From Eledone cirrhosa (taxonomy: Eukaryota): DNA of 64,000 nt. Made by a program: the position numbers and the translations under genes. The notes beneath the pieces are model-generated. The model saw nothing but the letters and a program-made list of their open reading frames with translations, ran no database searches and was not told the origin of the DNA. The DNA lies in the NCBI GenBank assembly GCA_964016885.1, contig OZ024749.1:17298001-17362000 (forward strand), given 5' to 3'. Below are positions 45,726-58,140 of the stretch, piece by piece (within the stretch, counting starts at the first letter, position 1; every line of letters begins with the position of its first letter).

Positions 45726-47770
45726 GCAAACACAGTCTTCTCTCTTACACAACACTTCAGATCACTCTTAAACCCAGCTTCTTGAACTCGTCCAAGCTCT
45801 GCCTTTCTTTCACACTTACATAATATATCCTACAAAGCATGGTTGTTTCATTTATTCCCAGTCTACATATCCTCTACAGTCACAGCCCTTGTTTCGTTTC
45901 ATTGCACATCACCCACAGGCGTCATACAGTCGTCCTTTTGTACAGAGAGAGAAACCTTTTGTGGTCAACTGTTGCAGTAGCTCTCTAAACTATCCTTATT
46001 CTAGCTATTCATCTTTCAGAGCAACCTCCTTCACTGCTAATTAAGTCACCTCGATTGCAAAAAGCTATCAACCACTTCTATGTGTGTCTAATTACATATA
46101 TAATTAAGCCTGACAATTCCACCACGTAAGATTTACCTCCCTTTTTGACAATATGAAACTCTCCTCTGTTTCGGGTGAAAATTGTTGGAGGAAAGAACTT
46201 CCTTTTAATATATTTGTCAGCATGCCTAACGAAGGGTCTGTTTGGAAGTGCCCCCCTCCCCCATTAAACAGTGGTGGCCATAAGTGGACTTGGAAACCAG
46301 TGGCCACACATACATGTTATGTGTATGAAACATTATTTACACTAAAGAGGTTTGGTGGGATACAAGGTAAGTTAGCTAAGAAGGTAGGCTTTGCAAGGGG
46401 TCATTGCATTGGAGCAGTAAGAAGCAATCGCTTTTAGGAGACAAGCTCTAGCAAATATTTAAAGGATTCTGTAGAAGCAGTTGACAGTTTCTGTTTCCAG
46501 GGTGATCAAATTAGCAGTGGAGGTAGGTGTTTTGAAGGTACAGTAACTAGAATAAGAACAAGATGGCAAAGGTTTAGGGTGCTACTACTGCTGCTAGCTA
46601 CAAAAGGTTGTTTCATCAAATTGATGTGTGCATATGAACAGCAATGCTGCATTGCAGTGAGATGTGGGCGGTATGTGCAGAGGACCTCCGAAGATTGGAT
46701 AGAAATGAAGCTTGAATTCTTCAATAGATGTGTAATATTAATATACATGAAGAGCAAAATGTAAATAATCTGAGAGAGAACCTGGGCATGAGAGGGATAA
46801 GATACAGTATGCAGGAGTGTAGATTGCTGTGGTATGGACATGTGATGTATATGAAGGTAGAGATGTGTAAAAGGTTGACTGCTTGAAATTGATGGAAGAG
46901 GAAAGCTTGGGATGAGGAGGTAAAAACTGACCTGACACCATTGTACCTCTCAAAGGTGATGACACAGGATTGAAATCTCTGGCGTTGTACAGTACTGCAG
47001 GAGACCTGCATTCCCATGTGCACGGGATGAAGCAACATTTAGTGGTTTGAAGTATGCTCCAATTTTCCTCCACCCCCTTACCAGCTAAGTACACCACCCT
47101 GACCTACCTCTCCAATACCCACCCTACATACACACAACCCCATCCCCACTTTCACATCTGTTACACCTCTCTTGACCAACCCATATATACAAATATGGAA
47201 AGCTTAATATGCTCTACTCCAATGCTGCTGAAATGGCTAAAAGCCCTCAGGCAACCCTGTGAGGTGGTCATGACAAAAGAGCACCAAGTCCTCTGTTAGG
47301 TAATATGACAAAAGAGCACCTAACCCTCCCTGCAAGGTAGTCATGCTGGTGACATGAGAAAAAAGCAGCCAGTTCACCCTGTGAGTTAGACATGACAGGA
47401 GGCCCCTAGCCTTCTCTGTAAAGTGGTCATGCTAGTGGCAAGACTGAAGGGACCTGAAGCACCCTTCAAAGTGGTCAAATTGGTGACATGACAAACAGCA
47501 CTCAGTCTGCTCTGTTAGGTGGTGGTCTTGATGGTGGGACAACAAAAAGCACCCAGTCCACCCTGTAGGTTGGTCATGTTAGCAACACAACAATAAATAC
47601 CAAGTCCACCCTGTAAATGTGGTTAGATTTAGGAAGGGCATTCAGCTGTAGAAATCAAGCCAGAAATGTTTCTTGCATGAGCCAGACACGGTCATTTGAT
47701 CTAAGTTTTCACACAACAGGACAACTCCAACCATGCTAGCTTGTAAAATGGAACTTAAACTGTGATGATG
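45725..47770. mobile_element. Old RTE fragments (minus 45725-46080; plus 46330-47770 with repetitive 3' UTR)
   Basis: Decayed GDQISSGG / RLLWYGHVM-type coding remnants; AGGAAGGGCATTCAGCTGTAGAAATCAAGCC tail block at ~47630. Confidence 0.75.
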
Positions 47771-47993
47771 TATAATATATGAATATACACGTGTATATAT
47801 CATTAACATCATCGCCATTTTACGTCCGTTCTTCCACGCTAACATGGGTTAGACGGGTTGTCCTGTTGTGGGCAGTGTCTGGCTGGCTGATCTTTTCTTG
47901 CTCATACGGTCCGAGAATTGAACTCACAACTTTTCGATTGCAAGCCCAATGCTCTAACCACTAAGCCATGCGCCTTATATATATATATATATA

Positions 47994-48705
47994 TAAATAT
48001 GAGAATAAACGTGCTGCGTGGTTGTAAATGGGTTACATATGAATAAAGTTAGTCCTTCATCAGTGATCTTCCAACCATCATTGGTATTTCATCGCTTTAA
48101 AGACCATATACCTCCGGTTGGTGCGAGCAACGGCTAAAAAAAGTTGTTGGGACACGTAAATAAAGGGGACACGAGAGTGTAAACAAACAAAGATGAAGCA
48201 GAGAAAAGTGAGGAAGAACGAGTGAAGTCCTAAATTTCCATGAATATAAGTTCGGTGAAATCGTGAACGAGAGAGAATAAAGACCATCAAACCTGGTTGG
48301 TATGTGAGCAAGGAAGGAATTCCGCACAGGTCTAAGAGAGGAAGAAGGAATCTAGTCTGTGAATTCGGTGAACATAAGTTCTGTGAAATCGTAGACGAGA
48401 GAGAGAAAAAAAGCGAACCAGCCTGACCAAGAGTGCGAAAGAAAAGAATTACGCACAGGTCAAACGGGAAGGAGGAGGAGAGGTAGTAACAGAGAGTGAG
48501 TGAGTCAAGGGTGAGGAAGAGACTAACAGAGAGAGTGACTGTTAGAGAGGGTAAAGATACAGAGAAAGAGGAATCAGTAAGAACGAAATAGACGGGTCAC
48601 AGCGGGGAATAAAATATGTGTAAATATGAGAATGATTGTGCTACGTGGTTGCAAATGGGTTACATATGAATAAAGTTAGTCCTTCATCAGTGATCTTCCA
48701 ACCAT
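47994..48705. mobile_element. ~710-bp element bounded by ~85-bp direct repeats, in a TA tract
   Basis: Repeats at 47994-48078 and 48621-48705 (…GGTTACATATGAATAAAGTTAGTCCTTCATCAGTGATCTTCCAACCAT); internal ~128-bp duplication; TA runs on both sides. Confidence 0.75.
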
Positions 48706-48720
48706 ATATATATATATATA

Positions 48721-49835
48721 TCATCATCATCATCATTTTACGTCCTCTTTTCCCTGCTTGCAAGGGTGGGACTGGAACTCATTCTTGCTTGATTTCTACA
48801 GCTGGATGCCCTTCCTAACACCAACCTCATTTACAGTGTGTGCTGGGTGCTTTTTTGCTGTGGCACCTCCATGACTACTTTGCAGTGGAATGATATGGAC
48901 CCCAGTCCCTATCATCTCATTTCTACAGCTGAGTAAACTGGAGCAATGTGAAATAAAGTGTCTTGCTCAAGGAAACAACACATGGCTGCGACTGTGGCTC
49001 CTGAGACCAGATAGGCTCAAGAAAATGTTTCCACACTCAGGGCACTTCAATTCAATGGAGACACGGATAGTTTCGAGAGATACACCAGGGCATTGCTTAC
49101 GCACATCCCGTTTGATCTTCTCGTGCTCTATGCGTCTGTCCTCAAAATTATGGACCCCATCATTCACCATTCCACGCCAAGTTTCTCTTTCAAGAGTTTC
49201 TATCTCCCAGTCAGCCATCATCAAACCAGTTTTTTTCAACGAGTCCTTTACACAATCCTTGATTCGGAGCTTTGGCTTGTGAGGTGGTCTCTTACCCTCA
49301 CAAAGCTCGCCATACAAGAGTTGTTTTGGGATTCGATCATCCTCCATTCTGCTGAGGTGTCTGGTCCATCGCAAACGCCGTTGGTGGATGATACTCTCAA
49401 TGCTCCGACACTCACTTCTCTCAAGGACCTCAACATCACTCACATGCAATGCATCTGTCACTTGATACCGAGCATCTTTCTGAGACACTACTGGTGAAAC
49501 CGTTCCAGTCTGTGGATATTCCGTTTGTAGGCAACCCATGTCTCACATGCATACAGCAAAGCTGACAGTACACATGCAGTATACACTCTCACCTTGGTCC
49601 TCATTGTGATTCCTCGCATGCACCAAAGACGGTCGTTGAGCCTTCCAAATGACTCACTTGCCTTACTAACACGTAGACCAGCTTCTGCATCCAGAGAGCA
49701 GGTTACACTCAGAGTACTCCCCAAATACACAATGTGTCAGCAGCCTTCAGCTTTTGACTGTATACGTGTATGGAGGGTTCATTGAAAACTTTATCCGGAG
49801 CAGGTTGGTACATGACGACAGTCTTCTTCAGACTG
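48721..49835 (-). mobile_element. Second RTE family C-terminus (with terminal C2H2 finger) fused to the SINE A 3' part
   Basis: 'YLGSTLS', 'SALLYACETW', 'RRLRWTRHLSRMEDDRIPKQLLYGEL', 'CPECGNIFLSLSGLRSHSRSH', then directly the SINE A central block and tail (48721-48984). Confidence 0.88.
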
Positions 49836-49842
49836 ATTGTAT

Positions 49843-50463
49843 ATCATCATCATCATCATCATCATCAGGTTTAGCGTCCGTGTTCCACGCTTGCATGGGT
49901 TTGGACGGGGGTTTTCCCACTTGAGGCAAGAGTGGTTGTCTTGCTCGCATAGGACTGTCTGGCGGGTTTTCTACAGTTGGATGCCCTTCCTAACACCAAC
50001 CACATTTACAGTGTGGGGCTGGGAGGTTTTTACCGTGTTGCCTACATGGCCACATTACAGCGTGGACTGTCTGGCGGGTTTTCTACAGCTGGATGCCCTT
50101 CCTAACACCAACCACATTTACAGTGTGGGGCTGGGAGGTTTTTACCGTGTTGCCTACACGGCCACATTTACAGCGTGGACTGTGTGTTTTTTGTCGTGAC
50201 ACCTACACGATCTCATTTGTTTCGGCCTGGATGTTGTGGGACCAACATAACTTTACATTGAAAGGGGCGGTGTGGGTGGGGTGGAGGTGGTGGGACGGGG
50301 GTGTGTTTTGATAGAGATGCCTACTGACTGTAGTAGGTTTTTACTTTGTATTTAGGTAAGGCGGGTCTTCTCTATTACTGAGTACCGCCAAAGGTCTCGG
50401 TCCAGTGACATTGTCTTGGAGAGGTGTAAGCGTGTGAGGTCGGAATTTATCAGCTCGTCCCAT

Positions 50464-50466
<3 letters not shown>
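49843..50466 (-). mobile_element. RTE 3' end (same family as 10174-12640) with internal ~110-bp duplication
   Basis: Aligns to 10200-10680; GGACTGTCTGGCGGGTTTTCTACAG...GCCACATT block present twice. Confidence 0.85.
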
Positions 50467-50511
<45 letters not shown>

Positions 50512-50587
50512 CAAGCAGTTGTTACGTAATTTGCATCCAGTGAATGCGAGTGTCGTATATGTCTTTTTTGGTCCCGTTAAGCTCATA

Positions 50588-50762
50588 TGTGTGTGTGTGT
50601 GTGTGTCTGCCTGTCTGTGTGTATGTCTGTGTCTGTGAATGTGTGTGTGTGTGTGTGTGTCTGTGTGTGTCTGTGTGTGTGTCTCTGCCTGTCTGTGTGT
50701 GTGTGCGTCTGTATGTATGTGTGTGTGTCCGTGTGTGAATATGTATATGTGTGTCCGTGGGT
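50588..50762. repeat. (TG)n/(TGTC)n microsatellite
   Basis: Directly visible. Confidence 0.92.
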
Positions 50763-51432
50763 GTCAATAGGTAAATAAAATCCAAGCTATCTCCTCTCCA
50801 AAACTCCAATATTATCAGACGTTGTAACAACTCAGCAGTAGTAGTATAAATATATAAATTGCAACAACAACAATAACAATTTCATTTTTATTTTAGCTGA
50901 GCTACCTGGTGATATGAAAGTTTCAATATATTTGGCACACATTACAAAATATTTGACCATTCAAATATGATTGCTGAATTTTAACCAAAGTATAGCAGAA
51001 TATTTATTGCCGTTTGGTCAAAGTAAATCATCTAGATAAAAATATGTTTTTTCCAGTGGTGATTTTTTTGAATACTGCTCCCTATTACAGTCAGCATATA
51101 TAATACTTTACTCATAGATGAATCATTAGGTATGTTGTCACTGAAAAGGGCATGACCCAAAAAATACATTTAGATTTTTTTTATTTACGTTTTCTTTCTT
51201 TCTTTCTTTTTTTTTTTTTTTTTTTTTTGCTCAATCTGAACATCTGAAATTCAAACAACATGTAAAGACTATTTTAAAAAACCATAAATAAAATAAGAAC
51301 ATAAATTTATCACTGGTTTATGATTGAATGAAGTGTTTACTTACTCATTTCTGTAATCCAAGGAAAGGTGGGATTTGAAGGAAATTTGGCTGCTATTTCT
51401 ACCCAACAAAGTCCTCACTTATACTACTTCAT

Positions 51433-54400
51433 ATAGCAGAGGTACCCGGGAATGCTTGCATATTCTTCCAAAGTAACACCATGCAGTAAATTTGCGGCTA
51501 CAGAATTCCTTGCAAACTACATGACTAAGGAATTAGGATCTGTGTGTATTGTCATTGAATGATTTATTATGACATTGCTCATTCCAAAGCCTCTTGATAA
51601 ACAACATTCTTGGTTTTGCCCTGTGGTGCCACAATAAAGAGACAATCAGTGTTCCAACCTTTGTTGTGCCAACATAAAGTTGACTGTGTTAAAAGACAGG
51701 ATCTGCCAGATTCAACCCTAAACTCAGTTGGATAGTTTACAACCTGATCTTGAGAAGTGATTGTGTCAACTGATTTGTAGCATATTTTCTCTCCCGGTAA
51801 CATCTCCAGCAGCCTTCTGTTGATTTCTTTCACAGCAACATTTTTAGGTGCTAAGATTGCTCGTTCACAGAGCCATTTCGGATCACATTGCCTGGTCTGA
51901 ATGTTTGGAAATACTCTGGCAATCAGTTCTTGTTCTGTGTCAATGATATGGCCAAATGACAACTGAATATGGTCATTGGAGTCCTTTTCAAGAAGTCCAT
52001 TTCCCAATTTAAGTAGTTGGATGGCAAACTCACTGTTTGTTAAGTGCACTCGCATGTTGGTTGTAAGGTTCAGCAGCTGAAAGTGGGGTCAGACATAGGA
52101 TGTTTTCAGACAGGCATTGACCTGATCAGCTCGAGTCCCTCGAAGAATTACAGGCAGAGTTTGTCTGAAATCACCAGCAAGAACCATTGTCACTCCTCCC
52201 ATTATGCAACTATTTTCTCTCAGATCCCTTATCATCCGGTCCAAAGCTTCAATTTCTCCTTTATGGCTCATAGTAGCTTCATCCCAAATTATCATCTTGC
52301 ATGTTTGCAGAAGCTTGCCCTTGGGTGAGTTCTTCTTGATGTTGCAAAAAGATTGTTCATGTTGTGTGAGATCTATGGGCAGCTTAAACATGGAGTGTGA
52401 AGTTCTTCCCCCATCCAGAAGTGTTGCTGCAATGCCACTTGAGGCCACAGCAAGGGCAATATGTGGCTTTTGGCAAACTTTTGCAATCAGGAGGTTTATG
52501 AGGAATGTCTTGCTTGTGAGCAGGAGCATCGATGAAGAAAAGTCCCCTGTCATTTTGAATGTTTTCGATGATGTTGTGGTAGGCGTATTTCTGGTCATCC
52601 ATCAATCGAGGTTCATTTTAATCCACAAACTTACGCAATGCTTGAATATCGTAGTTTGTCTCCTGAAAAATGTCTTGTGCTACCTCCATTTCTTCATCTG
52701 GCTCTGGCATCCCGCAGTTAGCTAATATGCTATTCATTGCCTGAACTCGATGGGACAGGTCACAGAGAGCTTGATTGTAAATCCTGGGGGTATATTCCAT
52801 ATACATATTGCCATATCTTCGGGCTAGGTGTAGATAGTTGTCCGACATATTGTTTTTATACTCCTGCCAGAGTAGATGAACTTCATCAATTCCACATGCT
52901 GTGAGAATAATAGCAAATAATTGTCTTATTTGACTGGCTACTTGATTGATTGCTGCTTCTTCTAGGCACTTTTTCCAGTGTCCATTGTCATGCAGGAGTC
53001 CATGCTGTTTACATGCTTCTTGGTATGTTGCGCACTCCCTTCCTCTGAAGCACCTAAGATCCTCCAATGATGTTGGTCCTCGAACAGTATGCAGAAGTAG
53101 CCATAAATAAAAACATTCTCTGTTGTTGGGATGGACATTGTCAACACACCCAATAGCATCACTTGACTTGACTTCATGACCTTCCACTAAATGACCCTGT
53201 TTTCTTCGATTGCAGGCCTTGCAATTGGTCCAGGTGTAGTATGTTGGGGCTTCAGCATATAGGAGGGATCGAGCAAATTCATCATTCTGGCAAAGTTTAA
53301 AGAAAGCAGTTAGTGTAGTGTCATGTGATTCTTGTGCCAACTGATGAGCAGTGATATCAGTGAAGTACACTCTCTGTCCATTTTCCAGATGGACTGCGAG
53401 GTTGACCACTGTTGGGTGGCTTTGGTGGATATCAAATCCAAAGATTCGCCAGATAGCTTCATTGCTGGAGATGTATTGACCTGTTTGATACCGTTTCACC
53501 TCATCCAACCCACCATCATTGAGTTCTTTGTCAGTAATAAAGGTAGCCATGTCACTGCCCTTGTTGATATATTTTGTGACATATAGGATTGCCTTGACGG
53601 AGCTGCAATACTCAACATTGATATGAGCTTTTAAAAGTTTACACAACAATTTGTTGTGTGGGACGACCCACTGATTGTTTATGGTCAGCTCCTCTCCTCG
53701 AACTGTTAGGCTTGCAGTATTGCCTCCATGTTCTGGTCTACGCCTACGATAAAGGAGGTATCCATTATTGTCAGTCCGAGTTTCCCGAATAAAAGCTCTA
53801 GGATAATGTTTGCTGCCTTTTTGATCTTTCATGCAGGGTGAGGCTGGATTGATGACTCCACATGGACCATGAATGAGTTTGGACTTGATGGTTTCAAAGA
53901 GCTCTGGATCACCACCTTTATCAGGCAACTCTGCTGAAATGATCTTATCAACATCATCTGTTCTTATCTTCTCCTTGCACCAGATTAGTGTGTGAGAGTG
54001 AGGATACCTCTCTTCTGCCACTCAATAGTGGTCATCCAAGCACTAATCTCACCAAAGATTCTTCCTTCTTTTAGGAGCCAGATGAGTTTTTTTTTTGCTT
54101 TTCATGGAAAACCCAAGCAATGAAGTCATGTCGATCCTTTGGTTTTTGATTTTGAAATAATTCATTTGATATTTCTAACCAGTTTGAATTGCATGTAAAT
54201 GTAATGAAGAGATCTGGCCGACCAAATTTTCTGACATAGGCCATTGCATCTTGCGTACGTTCATGCATGTAATGTGATCCTCCCATGAAGCTTGATGGTA
54301 GCATGACTGGCTGGCCAATATTTCTTGGGTCAACATCAGAATTGATGGCATCTCTAAAGTGGATGTAGTTATCTGCCCTCAACTTAGTTTGATTCCTTCG

Positions 54401-55640
54401 CAGAAAACCCAATCTTTCTATTTCAATTTTGGCATACATGTCCACCATGAAGTGGCTGGTTACTTCTTTGAATCGCAGAACTTGGTTGAAGTGATCACGT
54501 ACCATGAAATGATAAGCATAGAATTCTTTGCAGCTGATTGATTGGCCAGTTTCTTGTCCCGTTCCTGGGCTGATCTGCCGTAGCTGAAAATGATATCCAT
54601 CTTGACCATTCCAAAAGATGAGCGGATATTGGAGTGGATCTTAGGCTCTATGAGTTTCACAAATTTGTTCCAAATGTCCACTTCGTTTTTGCAAAACAAT
54701 GTCACGTCATTCATGCTGTTCATCAACCATTATGATTGCAACTTCATCAGTGACAGGTGCATTGAGTCTGCGTTCATGTTCTGAAGCTGGGCATTTGTCT
54801 GCCCTAGTGATGATTTTAACATCTCTGGTGTTTATCATATGCTTCAGTGCATATTTAAATACACTGACGTACATGTGATGTTGGTGAAGCATTTCTTGTA
54901 ACTTTATGACTATGTAGAACTGCAATCCACCATGGACATTGGTACATCTTTGTTGTGCCTGTGTTTCATTTCCACCCATCAAGTAAACCTGCACAAATTT
55001 GTGAGGCTCCTGTGAAAGTGGCAGAAGGCCACCCATTAAGTGGTAACACTGTCCCTGAATTTTATAAGTTGTACAGAATCTAAAGTCAGTCACATTCCTG
55101 TCAACCTCAAAAGATGTCATTTGAAAGGCAGAATTATATTTTATGATGTATTTATTGAAGTGTCGTGCTTCTGGTGTATGCTGAAAGAGCAGATTCTTCA
55201 GACATTCAGAAGGTTCTTGTATTGTTTTAAGGCCCACTTTGCCTTTTGAGCAGCATAGACTTGGCGTTTCTGCTGCCCACTTCTTGGCACCACAATACTG
55301 GCAGCATTTGTTCATTTTCCCAATGTTCTTTTGTGGATTACTGCTGTAGTCCTTTTGGGGATCATCAGAAAAAGCTCCCATCAGCCAGTTTATTCTACTT
55401 GTGGCTTGTTCTCCTGCTCAGGCAGTAGAACGATGTGCTTGATTAGCATTTCGTCTGATTTGCTGCTGTTCCTTAATTTGTTGTTCTCGAGTAGCAGCAG
55501 TCCTTTGTTCCCGTTCATCCAAACTGTGTGCTCTTGCTAAAGCTGTTTGGGTTCTGTTAGCAGCTAGACGGACATGCCGAACTTATTCACTTTCTTCAGA
55601 TCGCTGTATTTTCTTTCTCTTAACCTCTGAAGATGACCTT
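51433..55640 (-). mobile_element. Helitron 2, older and multiply frameshifted RepHel
   Basis: 'CQYCGAKKWAAETPSLCCSKGKV', 'RPDLFITFTCN', 'PHSHTLIW', 'YVTKYINKG', 'SSGIAATLLDGGRTSHS', 'IIWDE', 'GDFRQ'; helicase C-terminus internally deleted; degenerate 3' end CCCGGGTACCTCTGCTAT at ~51433. Confidence 0.9.
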
Positions 55641-55849
55641 CCATATAATGATCTGGAAGGTTACCGGTATGACAAAAGGCTCAATGCAAGTTTTCAAGTG
55701 TTTTACAGAGCCGAGATACAAAGTGTTAAAATGATCAAATTTTAGTTTAGAACATTTATTTGCTGACAATTGTTTCTTCCAGAGAGAAGTCTGGAATCAT
55801 CGGATCATAAGGAATGTCGAAACATTGCTTATAAATTTTATGCCTGTGT

Positions 55850-56130
55850 TTTTTTTCCTCTGGATTCATGTTATTTCTTCTATCATGATCTCCACTTCTT
55901 CTATTCTGTAGATAAGCTTCTCTCTCCTCTGGATTCCTGTTATTTCTTCTGTCATGATCTCCACTTCTTCTATTCTGTAGAGAAGCTTCTCTCTCCTCTG
56001 GATTCCTGTTATTTCTTCTGTCATGAGCTCCACTTCTTCTATTCTGTAGATAAGTTTCTCTCTCCTCTGGATTCATGTTATTTCTTCTATCATGGTCTCC
56101 ACTTCTATTCTGTAGAGAAGCTTCTCTTGG
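55850..56130 (-). repeat. 69-bp coding-type tandem repeat (23-aa, STPR-like) upstream of Helitron 2
   Basis: NPEEREAYLQNRRSGDHDRRNN(R/M), about 4 copies, in ORF 55756-56076. Confidence 0.8.
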
Positions 56131-56850
56131 CTCATATCATTCCTCCTTTCTTGTATTTGCTCTCGATTACAGTCATGGATTGCTTGCCTCTCGTCTGCTC
56201 GTAACCATTTTCATTGTCTTCTTTGTTGCTCTGTCGCTGCCGCTCTTTGTTGAGTTATTCTATCTTCCATTTTTAAGAATGGTTGCTTCAGTAATTATGA
56301 CGAACACCTAGCTGGTATGAGAAAGTGGTTAGGGATGATGTTTGTCATAAATAAAAACTTGTAACAAAAAAAAAAAAAAAACTATGCGAGGGTAAAGCAA
56401 TACCTATTTGGCGGAGGTAAAAATAGGGTGTATTATCAATCTTCAACTTACCTCACGACAGTAATATAAAATATATAATTTCTTCTGTTGGGAGTTGAAC
56501 TCGCTCTTGGGCGGTGAATAAAATTGATAGCGTGAGTAAGAGAAACCCTATAGTTTATGTTGATTAACATGGAAGTGATTAACAGTAAGAATGATATTTT
56601 AATGATTTATTTCTAGGATATAATTACATAAATGTTTAACATTTGATATAGAGGATTAAATGTATGAGTAACTTTGGAGAAATAACTATTTCCAGGGACT
56701 AATGTAGGGTTAGAACCCAGGACCTTGTGATAGGAAAGTTAACTTCTTATTGTAGCACAGGACAGATAGGAAATACACTGTGTATATGTGTGTATATATT
56801 ACTGTGTATAAATTATAAAGAGTTACAAACAGTTAAATATATATATATAT

Positions 56851-57280
56851 ATATTTATTGAAATAACAGATTAAAGTTTAAGCAAAGAATCGCTGCTTTC
56901 ACCCTTAACGGGATCTTCTGAAACTAACAAAGTCAATCTGTAAACGCAGAAGTGAATATTTCAAAAAACGTTGCAACTGGAGGAAGACAGGAAGACGATA
57001 CTTTGGTTCGTGGAAACGTTCCCTGGCAAAGAACGGGAAAAAACAAATATAATACGTCATTATTTGGAGCAGTGAAAACAATTACACGCAAAGGCAAAAC
57101 CACGTTTATGGTATAAAAGAAGTCGAGGACTAATATTCTATTAGGTAGTTCAAAGAGACGTTCTCTGGCAATGAACGGAAACAATAATAAATTTGAAGAC
57201 TAAAATCCAAAGAGGGCTCGATAAGGGTGAAAACAGCGATTCTTTGCTTAAATTTTAATCTGTTATTTTAATAAATATAT
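56851..57280. mobile_element. ~430-bp element with ~60-bp outward-facing inverted termini in a TA tract
   Basis: Arms 56851-56912 and 57217-57280 (TAAGGGTGAAA(G/A)CAGCGATTCTTTGCTTAAA(C/T)TTTAATCTGTTATTT(C/T)AATAAAT). Confidence 0.75.
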
Positions 57281-57941
57281 ATATATTTACCTGACAACCA
57301 CTTCAACACCTATTGATCAGGTGAGCATGCCAGTCAGATTTTTATCCTCACCAGAAGATGAGATAGTGACATTGGTAAACACATAATCCCCACCCCTGGG
57401 GAAGAATGCACCTCCCAACATAACTCAGTAGTTAGTGACTTCATAGACTTAGATGAACTTGAAGACTGAGGGCAACCTGGAGGAGAAGGATACGGAAGTT
57501 AAAGGACCCCTCAGCCAGTTCTAAATTTAGAGATATTTTGTTTGATCTTTACAACAGTAAGGAAGAACAAATAGAAACATACAATATAGGGGAACAGTGG
57601 GAGTTCCTGAAAGAAACTTTGCTGAAGGTGTCAAACTAGATCTGTGGCTGGAGCAGGGCTTCAGGGAGAAGGAGAGTAACTTGCTGGTGAAACACTAGGG
57701 TAGATGAGACAGTTAAGGCCAAGAGACAGGCATAGAATAATGGCAGAATGGGGGAAGCTGGTGGGTACACTACCAGGAAGCTAGGCAAGAAGTATTCTTT
57801 GCAAGGAGGGAAGCAGAGAATATATAATTTCAGCTGGTTTTATGATGTGAGGACGAAATACATGAGATGTTCAGGATTGTGAGGGAAAATTGTGATGTTG
57901 GGGTAAAGTGTGTCCAGGATGATAATGGGGCACTGACCCTG

Positions 57942-58140
57942 AATAGGGTCAGCTGAAAAGTTCATAGGCAGACCAAGATACTCTCGTGGAATGACCAAAT
58001 GAAGTTTATTTTTCAACATAGTCACTGGAAGGAAACAATGCAGTTATTAATAAGAAGAGTTGAAATTAATGCAGGCAAGATTTCACAGCTCTAGCATCAT
58101 GCTATCATTGATAGTCTATGAACTTTTCAGCCAATCTTTG
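57942..58140. mobile_element. Tc1/mariner-type MITE family M1, copy 2
   Basis: Aligns to 33888-34081; TIR cores GCTGAAAAGTTCATAG / CTATGAACTTTTCAGC. Confidence 0.75.
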
